The notes beneath the pieces were generated by a model. The model was not told the origin of the DNA. It ran no database searches and saw only the letters and a list, made by a program, of their open reading frames with translations. This document shows positions 16,587-25,887 of a stretch of DNA of 64,000 bases, in pieces. Origin of the DNA: a virus; the IMG/VR virus record IMGVR_UViG_3300033153_013649, positions 95,838 through 159,837 of that record. The stretch is one strand, 5' to 3'. Position numbers and translations under genes: made by a program. Each line of letters starts with the position of its first letter. Positions within the stretch are counted from its first letter, which is position 1.

Positions 16587-16772
16587 ATGAAGATTAAACT
16601 TACTAAATTTTTAGTTAATAATAATTTTGCATGTGATTATAATCATGCTCGGGAGTTAATAAAAGACGGGAAAATTATATATAATTCTGTACCAGTTGAT
16701 CTAGAATGGTTTGTTGTTAATTATCATTCAAAGATTGCTAAAATAGGAACGTTCATTGATATAAGAAGCTAA
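16587..16772 (+). CDS. Stand-alone S4-like RNA-binding domain
   Basis: KL..FL....FA......ARELIKDGKI..N..PV fits the S4 pattern. Confidence 0.55.
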   Translation: MKIKLTKFLVNNNFACDYNHARELIKDGKIIYNSVPVDLEWFVVNYHSKIAKIGTFIDIRS

Positions 16773-16839
16773 TTAAGATCTTTATATCGATATAAAAGCT
16801 AATAAAAAAGATAATAAAGGAATTTTAAAAGACAATAAA

Positions 16840-16918
16840 GGCCCATTAGTTTAATGGAAAAACAATCGTCACATCGGCTTTTTACAGATAATTACCGGTT
16901 CGATTCCGGTATGGGTCT
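16840..16918 (+). tRNA. tRNA-like gene with expanded, undecodable anticodon loop
   Basis: Well-formed acceptor, D and T arms; 25-nt anticodon arm ATCGTCACATCGGCTTTTTACAGAT. Confidence 0.65.
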
Positions 16919-16928
16919 CTCGTACTTT

Positions 16929-16999
16929 TGGCCTATAGTGAAACAGAATCACATGAGACTTTGAATCTCATATTCTTGGTGCAATTCCAAGTGGGCCAG
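16929..16999 (+). tRNA. tRNA-Gln(TTG)
   Basis: TGGCCTA/TGGGCCA; TGAGA-CTTTGAA-TCTCA. Confidence 0.85.
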
Positions 17000-17006
17000 C
17001 AAAAAT

Positions 17007-17077
17007 TGAGATATAGTTAAAGGGAATAACTATTGTTTCTGAAACAATTATTCTAGGTTTGATTTCTAGTGCTTCAA
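17007..17077 (+). tRNA. tRNA-Gln(CTG), possibly decaying
   Basis: ATTGT-TTCTGAA-ACAAT; acceptor has one mismatch and G:U pairs. Confidence 0.6.
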
Positions 17078-17083
17078 CTACAA

Positions 17084-17207
17084 ATTATTTAGGGATCCAC
17101 GGCCAAGCAAAATTAGATACGCACTTGGGTATTCATTAATAAAGCTTTATTTCGAATACGTAGGATGCTAACAGGTCGGTGAAAGACCGGCTGGATTCTT
17201 AAATAAT
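17084..17207 (+). ncRNA. Unassigned multi-branch structured RNA
   Basis: 16-bp closing stem ATTATTTAGGGATCCA/TGGATTCTTAAATAAT enclosing 3-4 hairpins. Confidence 0.6.
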
Positions 17208-17212
17208 ATTAT

Positions 17213-17284
17213 ATTGAAATAATTCAAAAAGAAGAACGTTCGGTTTATATTCGAAAGGTCACAAGTTCGATTCTAATTCTTCAC
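17213..17284 (+). pseudogene. Decayed tRNA-like sequence (TAT in anticodon position)
   Basis: TTCGG-TTTATAT-TCGAA, AGGTC, AGTTCGATTCT; T and acceptor stems broken. Confidence 0.4.
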
Positions 17285-17312
17285 GATACAAACTCAAAAA
17301 TTTAAAAAATTT

Positions 17313-18029
17313 ATGGATATTAAATTACTTAATCAAACCAGAAAATTTTGGAGAACTAGAAATATTGATTATGCTAAATTTTCTAGAATATTAGTTAGTC
17401 CAGAAACTCGCAAGAAATTGTTAATTGGAGACAAAAAAGGTCTTAATAAACTTTGGGAAAAACAGACCAAAAAGGATTTTCAAAAAATATTTAAAGATAT
17501 AGATTGTCTTTCAATCAATTCTGTTTTAGAAATTGGATGTGGAGTTGGAAGAATATTAAAGGTATTAGAAGAACATAAATTATTTTCTAGAATTATAGGT
17601 GTTGATATATCTCCAAAAATGATTCAATATGCCGAAGAATATCTTAAACTTCAAGATAGTTCAACTATTGAATTATATCTTACCGATGGAGAAAATTTAC
17701 CAATAAAAGATAATTCAATTGATTTTGTTTTTTCAATAGTTACCTTTCAACACATGACTACTAAATCGATTGTAAAAGCTAATTTGAAAGAAATTTATAG
17801 GGTTCTTGTTCCAAAAGGTCTTGCGAGAATTCAAACAATAGAACATAAAAATCCAAATATAAAATCAGAAAATACTATTGCTGGATACAATGGATATTTT
17901 TTAAACGTTCGCGATAAAAAAGAAATGTTTCAAGAATATGGATTAAAAGTAATTAACTGGAGATATGATAAAGAGGTAAAACCGGCTAATCCCGAACTCC
18001 AATGGATTTGGTTAACTCTAGAGAAATAA
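17313..18029 (+). CDS. Class I SAM-dependent methyltransferase
   Basis: VLEIGCGVGR, GVDIS..MI, DFVFS..TFQH, EIYRVL.P.G. Confidence 0.9.
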   Translation: MDIKLLNQTRKFWRTRNIDYAKFSRILVSPETRKKLLIGDKKGLNKLWEKQTKKDFQKIFKDIDCLSINSVLEIGCGVGRILKVLEEHKLFSRIIGVDISPKMIQYAEEYLKLQDSSTIELYLTDGENLPIKDNSIDFVFSIVTFQHMTTKSIVKANLKEIYRVLVPKGLARIQTIEHKNPNIKSENTIAGYNGYFLNVRDKKEMFQEYGLKVINWRYDKEVKPANPELQWIWLTLEK

Positions 18030-18065
18030 TAGCTATTATTAGGATTATATTTTAAAGGAGAGACT

Positions 18066-19526
18066 TTGTATATAGCGGTTGATTCTACTAACGAGAACTT
18101 TTTAGTTCGAAAACTAGGTCAAGATGGCAAATCATCAATTACAAAGATGCCATTTCGAGCCTCTTTGTTTATAGCTTCAGAAAAAGCTTCGAAAGAATAT
18201 ATAGGATTTAAAACTGGAAAGCATCTCAAAAGATTTGATTTCTTTTCTAGACAAAATTACTGGGATTTTAAAAATAAAATGAAAGATGTTGGAATATATG
18301 GAGATATTTCTCCGATATTTCAATTTATACCAAAACTTAATATTAGATCCGAGAATATATCTTTTCTTCGTCCTTGGGGATTAGATATTGAGGTTTATTC
18401 AGAAAAAGAATTTCCTTATCCAGAAAGAGCTATAATTTATCCTATTGTATCTTTAACTTTAGGGGATTTAAGAAAAAAGAAATATTATACTTTCGTATAT
18501 GATATGGACGGAAAATGTACCCTTAAATCTCAACCGAATTGGGAAATTTTCGTTTATAGAAGCGAAGAAGATATGATGAATTCTTTTTCAAAATTCTGGA
18601 GACAAAACATAGCTAATATTCATATTCTAACAGGCTGGAATATTAATAAATTTGATATTCCTTATATAATTAGAAGAATGAATTATCTTTTTACTGGAGA
18701 TCCAGAAAAAATTTGTAAAGAGGTTCGGCTTCTTTCTCCGTTTAGAAATATCAAAAATAAAACAACAAAATATTCAGAAACAGAATATATTATTGCTGGA
18801 ATTCCGATTCTTGATTATTTAGCAGTATTTAAAAAATTCAATTTTCAATCCCGTCGTTCTTTTAAACTCGAAAATATAGCTCAAGAAGAACTAGGTCATG
18901 GAAAACTTGAAAATCCTTATTCTTCACTTCATGAATTATACAGAAAAGATATAAATACTTTTATAAATTATAATAGAAAAGATACAGAACTTCTTGAAGA
19001 AATCGATAATAAATTCAATTATTTGAATTTTATGATTACAATTGCTCTTATTACTAAAATCAATTATGAAAACGTTTTTAGTCCTATCCGCTGCTGGGAA
19101 TCTCTTATATATAATAAATTAATAGAGCAAAATATTGTTACTAATCCAGCTAGAAGATTTACTAAAACACGTGAATATCTCGGGGCCTATGTAAAACTTC
19201 CAGAGACTAAAATGTATAGAGATATTATTTCGTATGATCTTGTACAGCTCTATCCTTCAGTAATTAGGGCAGCAAATATATCTCCTGAAACTCTTATTGA
19301 AGGAGATTATGAAGAGAATGTAACGATTGAAAAATTTATGCTTGATGAATTCGAATCTAAAAAAGCACATAAAAATAACCAGATTTTACTTCCAACCGGA
19401 AATTATTATAAAAAAGAACCTCAAGGGGTATACCCTATTTTAATGGAAGAATTGTTCTTCAAAAGAATAGCTATTAAAGAGCAAATCAAAGAAAAAGAAA
19501 GAGAATTAAAAAAATTATTACAATGA
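18066..19526 (+). CDS. Family B DNA polymerase, N-terminal subunit only (gp43A-like)
   Basis: ExoI DIE, ExoII GWNINKFDIPY, ExoIII YNRKD, YLGAYV, motif A DLVQLYPS; stops before motifs B and C. Confidence 0.85.
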   Translation: MYIAVDSTNENFLVRKLGQDGKSSITKMPFRASLFIASEKASKEYIGFKTGKHLKRFDFFSRQNYWDFKNKMKDVGIYGDISPIFQFIPKLNIRSENISFLRPWGLDIEVYSEKEFPYPERAIIYPIVSLTLGDLRKKKYYTFVYDMDGKCTLKSQPNWEIFVYRSEEDMMNSFSKFWRQNIANIHILTGWNINKFDIPYIIRRMNYLFTGDPEKICKEVRLLSPFRNIKNKTTKYSETEYIIAGIPILDYLAVFKKFNFQSRRSFKLENIAQEELGHGKLENPYSSLHELYRKDINTFINYNRKDTELLEEIDNKFNYLNFMITIALITKINYENVFSPIRCWESLIYNKLIEQNIVTNPARRFTKTREYLGAYVKLPETKMYRDIISYDLVQLYPSVIRAANISPETLIEGDYEENVTIEKFMLDEFESKKAHKNNQILLPTGNYYKKEPQGVYPILMEELFFKRIAIKEQIKEKERELKKLLQ

Positions 19527-19762
19527 AAAATTTTTCTGCAGAAAATAAAGCAATGATTCTTGATTTTCTTGAAAAATCTGAAATAGGATCTATAGGAGAT
19601 AAAGATGATTTTTCTCTTTATACTTGGATGGAATGGTATATTTCAGAAGAAAATTTAGATTCGAATCAAAAGAAGGTATTAGAAGAATTTATTGAATGGA
19701 TATATTCTCAAAAAAGAATAAAGATAGAGGATCTCATAAGTAAATATTTTGATTTTAATTAA
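19523..19762 (+). CDS. Hypothetical protein
   Basis: ORF track; ATGA overlap. Confidence 0.55.
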   Translation: MKNFSAENKAMILDFLEKSEIGSIGDKDDFSLYTWMEWYISEENLDSNQKKVLEEFIEWIYSQKRIKIEDLISKYFDFN

Positions 19763-19774
19763 AAAGGAGAAATA

Positions 19775-20533
19775 ATGTCAGAAATAGCGAAACGTAAAGA
19801 TATGAAATTACCGATTCATACTTTCTCTTCTCGGACATTCGAATTACTTGATATGTTAGAAGATGAAAGTTTGATTAATCGAGAAGATATTATACATAAT
19901 CTTGCAATTTTTCCTAGATGGAACGGTGCATCAATATATCCATATACTATTGGCCAACATACTTTAGTAGCTCTTGAGATTCTCCAAAATTATTATGGAT
20001 TTCTTAAACCAAAAAAGAATAAAAAAAGAATTTTTCTTAATACTAATTCTGAATCAGAATTTAATCAGCTAAAATTAATGGCTCTTCATGATGCATCAGA
20101 AGCTTATATTGGAGATATTATTTCTCCTTTAAAAGAATTTTTGTATATTAAAATTCCAAAAAACGGAAAGATGGAGAAACTCGTAGAGAAAGGAAAGAAA
20201 AATTTAATTTCAATGGAAGAATTTGAGCTTAGTATTTCTAGAGCTATATATAATCGGTTTCATGTGATTTGTTATGATCCAAAGAAAACTAAATATGGAG
20301 AATTATTTGGAGATTCTCTTAGAATCCTTGATGTTGCTATGGCTTTTTATGAGGCAAAATATATATTTAATCCTCCACTTGATACTACTAAATGGAATTG
20401 TAGAGAACTTGAGAAAGTTCAAGACCTTAATGATCATATAGAACAAAATAAAGATTATTATTTTAGAGAAATGCATAGAAACGAAGTAAAAGAAAGATTA
20501 ATAAAAGAATTCGATAAACTTCAAATAATATGA
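19775..20533 (+). CDS. HD-domain phosphohydrolase (YfbR/YfdR-like nucleotidase)
   Basis: RWNG...YTIGQH...LHDASEAYIGDI.SPLK. Confidence 0.85.
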   Translation: MSEIAKRKDMKLPIHTFSSRTFELLDMLEDESLINREDIIHNLAIFPRWNGASIYPYTIGQHTLVALEILQNYYGFLKPKKNKKRIFLNTNSESEFNQLKLMALHDASEAYIGDIISPLKEFLYIKIPKNGKMEKLVEKGKKNLISMEEFELSISRAIYNRFHVICYDPKKTKYGELFGDSLRILDVAMAFYEAKYIFNPPLDTTKWNCRELEKVQDLNDHIEQNKDYYFREMHRNEVKERLIKEFDKLQII

Positions 20534-21009
20534 AAACACAATACGGAGATATTTTTTCTATTAGAACAGAAAATGATTTTTTAGTAGTTCCTACAAACGT
20601 TGGATGGAAAAGAAATAATCACAATGTTATGGGTGCAGGTATTGCTAGAAGAGCATCTATCATATATCCGGATTTACCGTTAAGTTATGGATGGCATTGT
20701 AAAAAGTATGGAAATAAAATATTTGTAAGTAAAAGAAATCATATTATTTGTCTTCCTTCTAAGCCTTTATTATATCCAAGAAAACCGCATTTAAGTTGGA
20801 CAGGGAATTCGAATAAATCTACAATTTCTAATTCTTACAGACAATTAAAATATTTTGCTAAAAATTATCCGGAAGAAAAGATTTATACCCCTTTATTTGG
20901 TACGGGAAATGGAAATATTCCTTTTAATATTGGAATGAAATTAATTAATTCAGCGAATTTACCCGATAATATAATTTTAATATTACCTCACGAATCCGCA
21001 GAGAAATGA
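20530..21009 (+). CDS. Macro-domain protein (ADP-ribose binding or hydrolysis)
   Basis: GDIF...VVPTN......VMGAGIAR...P.FGTGNG. Confidence 0.8.
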   Translation: MKTQYGDIFSIRTENDFLVVPTNVGWKRNNHNVMGAGIARRASIIYPDLPLSYGWHCKKYGNKIFVSKRNHIICLPSKPLLYPRKPHLSWTGNSNKSTISNSYRQLKYFAKNYPEEKIYTPLFGTGNGNIPFNIGMKLINSANLPDNIILILPHESAEK

Positions 21010-21078
21010 TAAAATAGAATTAATTTATATTAACAAATAAGAATTGAATTATTATATCATAATAATACGAAATAGAAG

Positions 21079-22212
21079 ATGGAAAAAATACATTATAAAA
21101 ACTTTGATAGACTAGAAAAAGAATATGTACAAAAAGGATTAATTCGCAAAAGTTATCATCCAATTTTTGATTTTGCAATTTATAATTATGGAATTAAAGT
21201 TCAATTTGAAGCTTTATGGGATGAAATAACTTTAGAAGTTCGGGGATTAATCCTAGATTCTAAAGGAAACATTATTGCTAGACCTTTTGATAAATTCTTT
21301 AATTATGAAGAACTAGTTTCTGGAGATGAAAATAAAAGACTTAAAATTAGGATTCCAAATGAAAGGGTAAAAAGGATCACAGAAAAAATAGACGGATCTC
21401 TTGGAATTCTTTATAAAGGATTAGACGGGAAACATTATATTGCAACTAGAGGATCATTTAATTCTGATCAAGCAATTAAAGCAAATGAAATTTTAAATAA
21501 GAAATATAATAATGAAGATTTTATGGATGGGTATACATATTTATTTGAAATTATTTATCCAGAAAATCGAATTATTATTAATTATGGAGAAACAGAAGAT
21601 CTTATTCTTTTGGCTGTTCGAAATAATAAAACAGGAGAATATTTAGACTTATATGAAAATTTTGATTCATCTAATTTTAATTTAGTTGTTTCAATTGAAA
21701 CAACAGATTATTGTAATCTCACAAAAGAAAATAAGATTAATAATGAAGGTTATGTAATTGAATTCGAATCAGGATTTCGAATGAAAATGAAATTTGAAGA
21801 ATATGTTAGATTACATAAATTTGTATCCGGATTTTCTAATATTAGTATTTGGGAAGTTTTGGCTTCTGGAGGAAATATATATGATCTTATTGAAAATATT
21901 CCGGACGAATTATATAATTGGATAAATAAACAAATCAAACATTTTAAATTCGAATTTGACAAATTATGTAATTTCTATTTTGAAGTTTTTAAAAATACTA
22001 AAGAAAAAATAACAAATTTATATGGAAAAGAATTAAATACTATTTTTTCCGATAAAGATATAAGAAAAATCTATGCAGATTTCTTTATTCGATCAGTAAA
22101 AAATCCTAATATTCTTTTTATGATGCTTGATAAAAAAGATTGGAAAAAAGCTATTTGGAAACAACTTAAACCTCAAGATAAAGAAATTTTTAGAAAGGAA
22201 TTTATTAAATGA
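21079..22212 (+). CDS. rnlA: RNA ligase 1 (T4 RnlA-like)
   Basis: RGLI, ARPFDKFFN, EKIDGSL, ATRGSF, FEII, EGYV, KMKF. Confidence 0.9.
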   Translation: MEKIHYKNFDRLEKEYVQKGLIRKSYHPIFDFAIYNYGIKVQFEALWDEITLEVRGLILDSKGNIIARPFDKFFNYEELVSGDENKRLKIRIPNERVKRITEKIDGSLGILYKGLDGKHYIATRGSFNSDQAIKANEILNKKYNNEDFMDGYTYLFEIIYPENRIIINYGETEDLILLAVRNNKTGEYLDLYENFDSSNFNLVVSIETTDYCNLTKENKINNEGYVIEFESGFRMKMKFEEYVRLHKFVSGFSNISIWEVLASGGNIYDLIENIPDELYNWINKQIKHFKFEFDKLCNFYFEVFKNTKEKITNLYGKELNTIFSDKDIRKIYADFFIRSVKNPNILFMMLDKKDWKKAIWKQLKPQDKEIFRKEFIK

Positions 22213-22706
22213 GTAAAGAATTAACAATTATTGAAGAAGAAAAATCTGTTGAAGAACCATGGAAAATGACAAGAGAAGATGCATATTGGAAAGAAATTGA
22301 TTTAAGGCAAGATCGCAGTTTAACAATCGGTGCAGCGGAGGTAAAGTTGCGAAGTGCTATCGGTCGGAAAAGAATTTTTGCATATAGCTCCGAGGTACAA
22401 CTTGCATCTAATAGGAATAAAATTATTAAATTTGAAGGTAGATATGTATTTAAAGATAAACTTACCCCCGAAATAAGAGAAGCAATGGAAAATCTTAAAA
22501 AAGTTAGAAAAGAAGCAGATGAGAAATACATAAGAGAAGCTACCCCTCTTAATGCTCATTATGAAACAGTTAAAAAAGCTGTATACGAAGGTAAGCCCGT
22601 TCCGCGAAAGGTACTTGAAGAATATAAGGATGAAAAGTGGGCGGATGAAGCTCTTGCTAAATTGTTAAAAGTTGAGAAAAAAACTTCTGAACTTGGTAAG
22701 GAATAA
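22209..22706 (+). CDS. Hypothetical protein
   Basis: ORF track; PWKMTRE and H...VK.A..EGKPVP..VL.EY motifs. Confidence 0.6.
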   Translation: MSKELTIIEEEKSVEEPWKMTREDAYWKEIDLRQDRSLTIGAAEVKLRSAIGRKRIFAYSSEVQLASNRNKIIKFEGRYVFKDKLTPEIREAMENLKKVRKEADEKYIREATPLNAHYETVKKAVYEGKPVPRKVLEEYKDEKWADEALAKLLKVEKKTSELGKE

Positions 22707-22762
22707 ATAGACTGAAGACTTTTAATAAAATAAAACTTATAAAAAATAAACGGAGGATTTAA

Positions 22763-23998
22763 TTGGACATATCTCAAGAAATCTTATCGGATATTATTGT
22801 TTATATGAAATACGCTCGTTACAATGATAAAAAACAAAGAAGAGAAACCTGGGAAGAAGTAGTAAGACGTAATAAAAGAATGCATCAAAAAAAATTTCCT
22901 GAATTAAAAGAAGAAATTGAAGAAATTTATAAATTAGTCTTAGATAAAAAAGTTTTGCCTTCAATGCGTTCAATGCAATTTGCTGGGAAATCAATTGAGA
23001 TTTCTCCAAATAGAATTTATAATTGTGCTTATTTACCAATTGATAGTATTGATGCTTTTCATGAAATTATGTTTTTGCTCCTTGGAGGTACAGGAATTGG
23101 AATTTCTGTTCAAAAACATCACGTAGAAAAACTCCCGAATATTATTAGACCTTATACTAAAAGAACTAAACGATTTCTTATCGGAGATTCTATAGAAGGA
23201 TGGGCAGAATCTATTAGAGTATTAATTAAATCTTATTTTCATGGCGGATCTACAATTAGATTTGATTTTTCTGATATTCGTCCTAAAGGAGCAAGATTAA
23301 TTACCTCGGGGGGAAAAGCTCCCGGGCCTCAACCTCTTAAAGAATGTCTTTTGAAAATTAGAGGATTATTAGATGAAAAAGAAAACGGGGATAAATTACA
23401 GCCAATAGAAGTTCATGATATAATATGCTATATTGCTGATACAGTACTTGCAGGTGGAATTAGACGAGCAGCTTTAATTTCTCTTTTCTCTGCTAAAGAT
23501 ATGGATATGATGAATGCCAAAACAGAAGAATGGTTTACTCATTATCCTCATAGAGGCAGAGCTAATAATTCTGTTGTTTTAGTTCGTCATAAGATCAAGA
23601 AAGAATATTTTGATGAAATATTTGAAAGAATGAAATTATCTCGATCCGGAGAGCCTGGAATATTTTTTACAAATGATCAAGATATTGGGACCAATCCGTG
23701 TTTAACTGGGGATATGTTAATATCTACTGAAAGTGGAAATATTTCTATAAAGGAATTAGTTGAATCAGAATTTGATTTACCTAAAGTTTATACTTATAAT
23801 GAAGCTTCAAAACAAGTTGAATTGAAAAAGATTAAAGATAAACTCCTTACAAAGAAAAATGCTAATATTATTAAACTTGAATTAGAAGATGGAAGTGAAA
23901 TTAAATTAACCCCAGATCATAAAGTATATACAGAAAACCGTGGATGGATTGAAGCTGCTCAATTAACAAATAAAGACATTCTTTTTCAAATCGATTAA
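22763..23998 (+). CDS. nrdJ: Class II ribonucleotide reductase N-extein plus N-terminal split intein (IntN from 23699)
   Basis: YAR..RRETW, PSMR, YNC, GGIRRAALI, EPG, TNP|CLTGD...LTPDH.VYT..RGW. Confidence 0.9.
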   Translation: MDISQEILSDIIVYMKYARYNDKKQRRETWEEVVRRNKRMHQKKFPELKEEIEEIYKLVLDKKVLPSMRSMQFAGKSIEISPNRIYNCAYLPIDSIDAFHEIMFLLLGGTGIGISVQKHHVEKLPNIIRPYTKRTKRFLIGDSIEGWAESIRVLIKSYFHGGSTIRFDFSDIRPKGARLITSGGKAPGPQPLKECLLKIRGLLDEKENGDKLQPIEVHDIICYIADTVLAGGIRRAALISLFSAKDMDMMNAKTEEWFTHYPHRGRANNSVVLVRHKIKKEYFDEIFERMKLSRSGEPGIFFTNDQDIGTNPCLTGDMLISTESGNISIKELVESEFDLPKVYTYNEASKQVELKKIKDKLLTKKNANIIKLELEDGSEIKLTPDHKVYTENRGWIEAAQLTNKDILFQID

Positions 23999-24001
23999 AA
24001 T

Positions 24002-24049
24002 TAAAAACCCCTATATTATAAATATATAAAAAAGACATAGGGGTTTTTA
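24002..24049 (+). promoter_or_regulatory. RBS-sequestering hairpin with a late promoter in its loop
   Basis: TAAAAACCCCTAT/ATAGGGGTTTTTA 13-bp stem; TATAAATA at 24017. Confidence 0.8.
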
Positions 24050-24873
24050 TGAAAACTTTAATTCAAAAATTTTATTTAGATTTTTCGAAAGGAAATATAT
24101 TTGAAATACCAGAAGAATTAAATATTGAATTTCAAATATATCTTTTAAAAGAAATAGATAAACATGGAAAATCAGCATATAGTTATTCTAAAAGAATATT
24201 TCTTAGAAATAAATATATTAAAGAAAATTATTCTGAATTTTTAATATTAAAAAAAGAATTAGAAGATCTTTATAATAGTGGATATGGATTTAAAAGAATC
24301 GCAAAACTAATAGATCTTTCTTATACAAAAACCAGATTTTTATTTTCTCTTTGTGAAATAAAAACAAGAAAAGGTCAATCGATTGTAACAGATGAACTCA
24401 GGAAATTAAGATCTGAAAATAGTAAAAAACATTATAAAAATAGAACTGGATATTTTAAAACATTTGAAAGACGAACAAATAAATCAATAAGAGGTGTTCA
24501 AGGATATTATTATAATAAATGGTTTAATAAATATGTTTGGTTGAGAAGTACTTATGAATATATCTTTGCTAAATGGTTAGATTTTCAAAATATTAAATGG
24601 GATATTGAAGTTGAAATGTTTAAACTTAAAGATTCATGGTATAGACCAGATTTTTTTATATATAAAAATAATAAAGTTGTAAAAATTGTAGAAATTAAAG
24701 GATATAAATATAGAGAAAATGAAAAATCTAATGAATTAAATAAACAATTAAATATTGATGTTATTCAAATTGAAAATATTAATCCTTATATAATAAATTC
24801 AAGTTATGGGAAGGAATTAAAACTTTGGAAAAAAGTACGTTTAAACGAATTAGAATTAAAAGAATTACAATAG
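24049..24873 (+). mobile_element. Free-standing homing endonuclease (PD-(D/E)XK type) between the intein halves
   Basis: RSTYE..FA..LD....W..E...YRPDF...VEIKG; HTH-like GFKRIAKLI. Confidence 0.8.
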
Positions 24874-25874
24874 AAAAAAATGAAGATGTATATGATTTAA
24901 AGATAAAAGATAACCATAATTTTTTCGCTAATGGATTATTAGTACATAATTGCGGGGAAATTTCTCTTCGTCCCTTTCAATTCTGTAATGTAGTTGAAAT
25001 AAATGCTTCTGATATTGAAACACAAGAAGAATTAGAAAATAGAATAAAAGCAGCAGCTTTTATTGGAACTCTTCAAGCAACATATACGGATTTTCATTAT
25101 CTTCGAGATATTTGGCAAACAACAACAGAAAAAGATGCATTGCTTGGAATAGGAATGACTGGAATAGCTTCTGGAAGAGTTCAAAAGCTCGATATTGAAT
25201 CTGCTGTACGAAAAGCATTGTATCAAAATACTAGACTAGCAAATAAAATTGGAATTAATAAAGCTGCAAGACTTACAACTATAAAACCAGCTGGTTCTTC
25301 TTCTATAGTTCTTGGTACTTCTTCTGGCATCCATCCATGGCATTCTCAATATTATATTAGAAGAATCAGAGTTGGAAAAAACGAAGCAATTTATAAATAT
25401 CTTTCTAAAAATCATCCAGAATTATTAGAAGATGATAAATTTCGTTCTCATGATCGATCAATAATTTCTATTCCTCAAAAAGCTCCAGAAGGAGCAATAA
25501 CAAGAGAAGAAACTGCAATCGAATTATTGGAAAGAGCTAAAGATATTCATCTAAGATGGATTCGTCCTGGACATAGATCTGGATCTAATTATAATAATGT
25601 ATCTATTACTGTTTCCGTTAAAGATGATGAATGGGAAGATATAAAGAAATGGATGTGGAAAAATAGAGAATATTATAATGGAATAACAGTTCTTCCCTAT
25701 GATGGAGGAACATATATTCAAGCTCCGTTTGAAGAATGTTCGAAAGAATATTATGAAGAATATTATAATAAATTAAAAAAAATTAATACAAAAGAAATTA
25801 TTGAATTTCAAGATAGTACAAATTTATCAGGGGAAGTGGCTTGTGGGGGAGGAATGAGTTGTGAAATAATTTAG
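24825..25874 (+). CDS. nrdJ: C-terminal split intein (42 aa) plus class II RNR C-extein
   Basis: VYDL....NHNFFANGLLVHN|CGEI; TTIKPAG; C-terminal CGGGMSC. Confidence 0.9.
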   Translation: MEKSTFKRIRIKRITIEKNEDVYDLKIKDNHNFFANGLLVHNCGEISLRPFQFCNVVEINASDIETQEELENRIKAAAFIGTLQATYTDFHYLRDIWQTTTEKDALLGIGMTGIASGRVQKLDIESAVRKALYQNTRLANKIGINKAARLTTIKPAGSSSIVLGTSSGIHPWHSQYYIRRIRVGKNEAIYKYLSKNHPELLEDDKFRSHDRSIISIPQKAPEGAITREETAIELLERAKDIHLRWIRPGHRSGSNYNNVSITVSVKDDEWEDIKKWMWKNREYYNGITVLPYDGGTYIQAPFEECSKEYYEEYYNKLKKINTKEIIEFQDSTNLSGEVACGGGMSCEII

Positions 25875-25887
25875 GTTTAATTAAAAA

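Noticed and set aside
17084-17207. tmRNA, SRP RNA or SAM riboswitch identity for the multi-branch RNA
   Set aside because: No tag ORF or Ala acceptor end, no SRP domain IV motif and no SAM-I core; left unassigned
23999-24824. Group I intron interrupting nrdJ
   Set aside because: Only about 50 nt of non-coding sequence with no intron core; the intein halves explain the break
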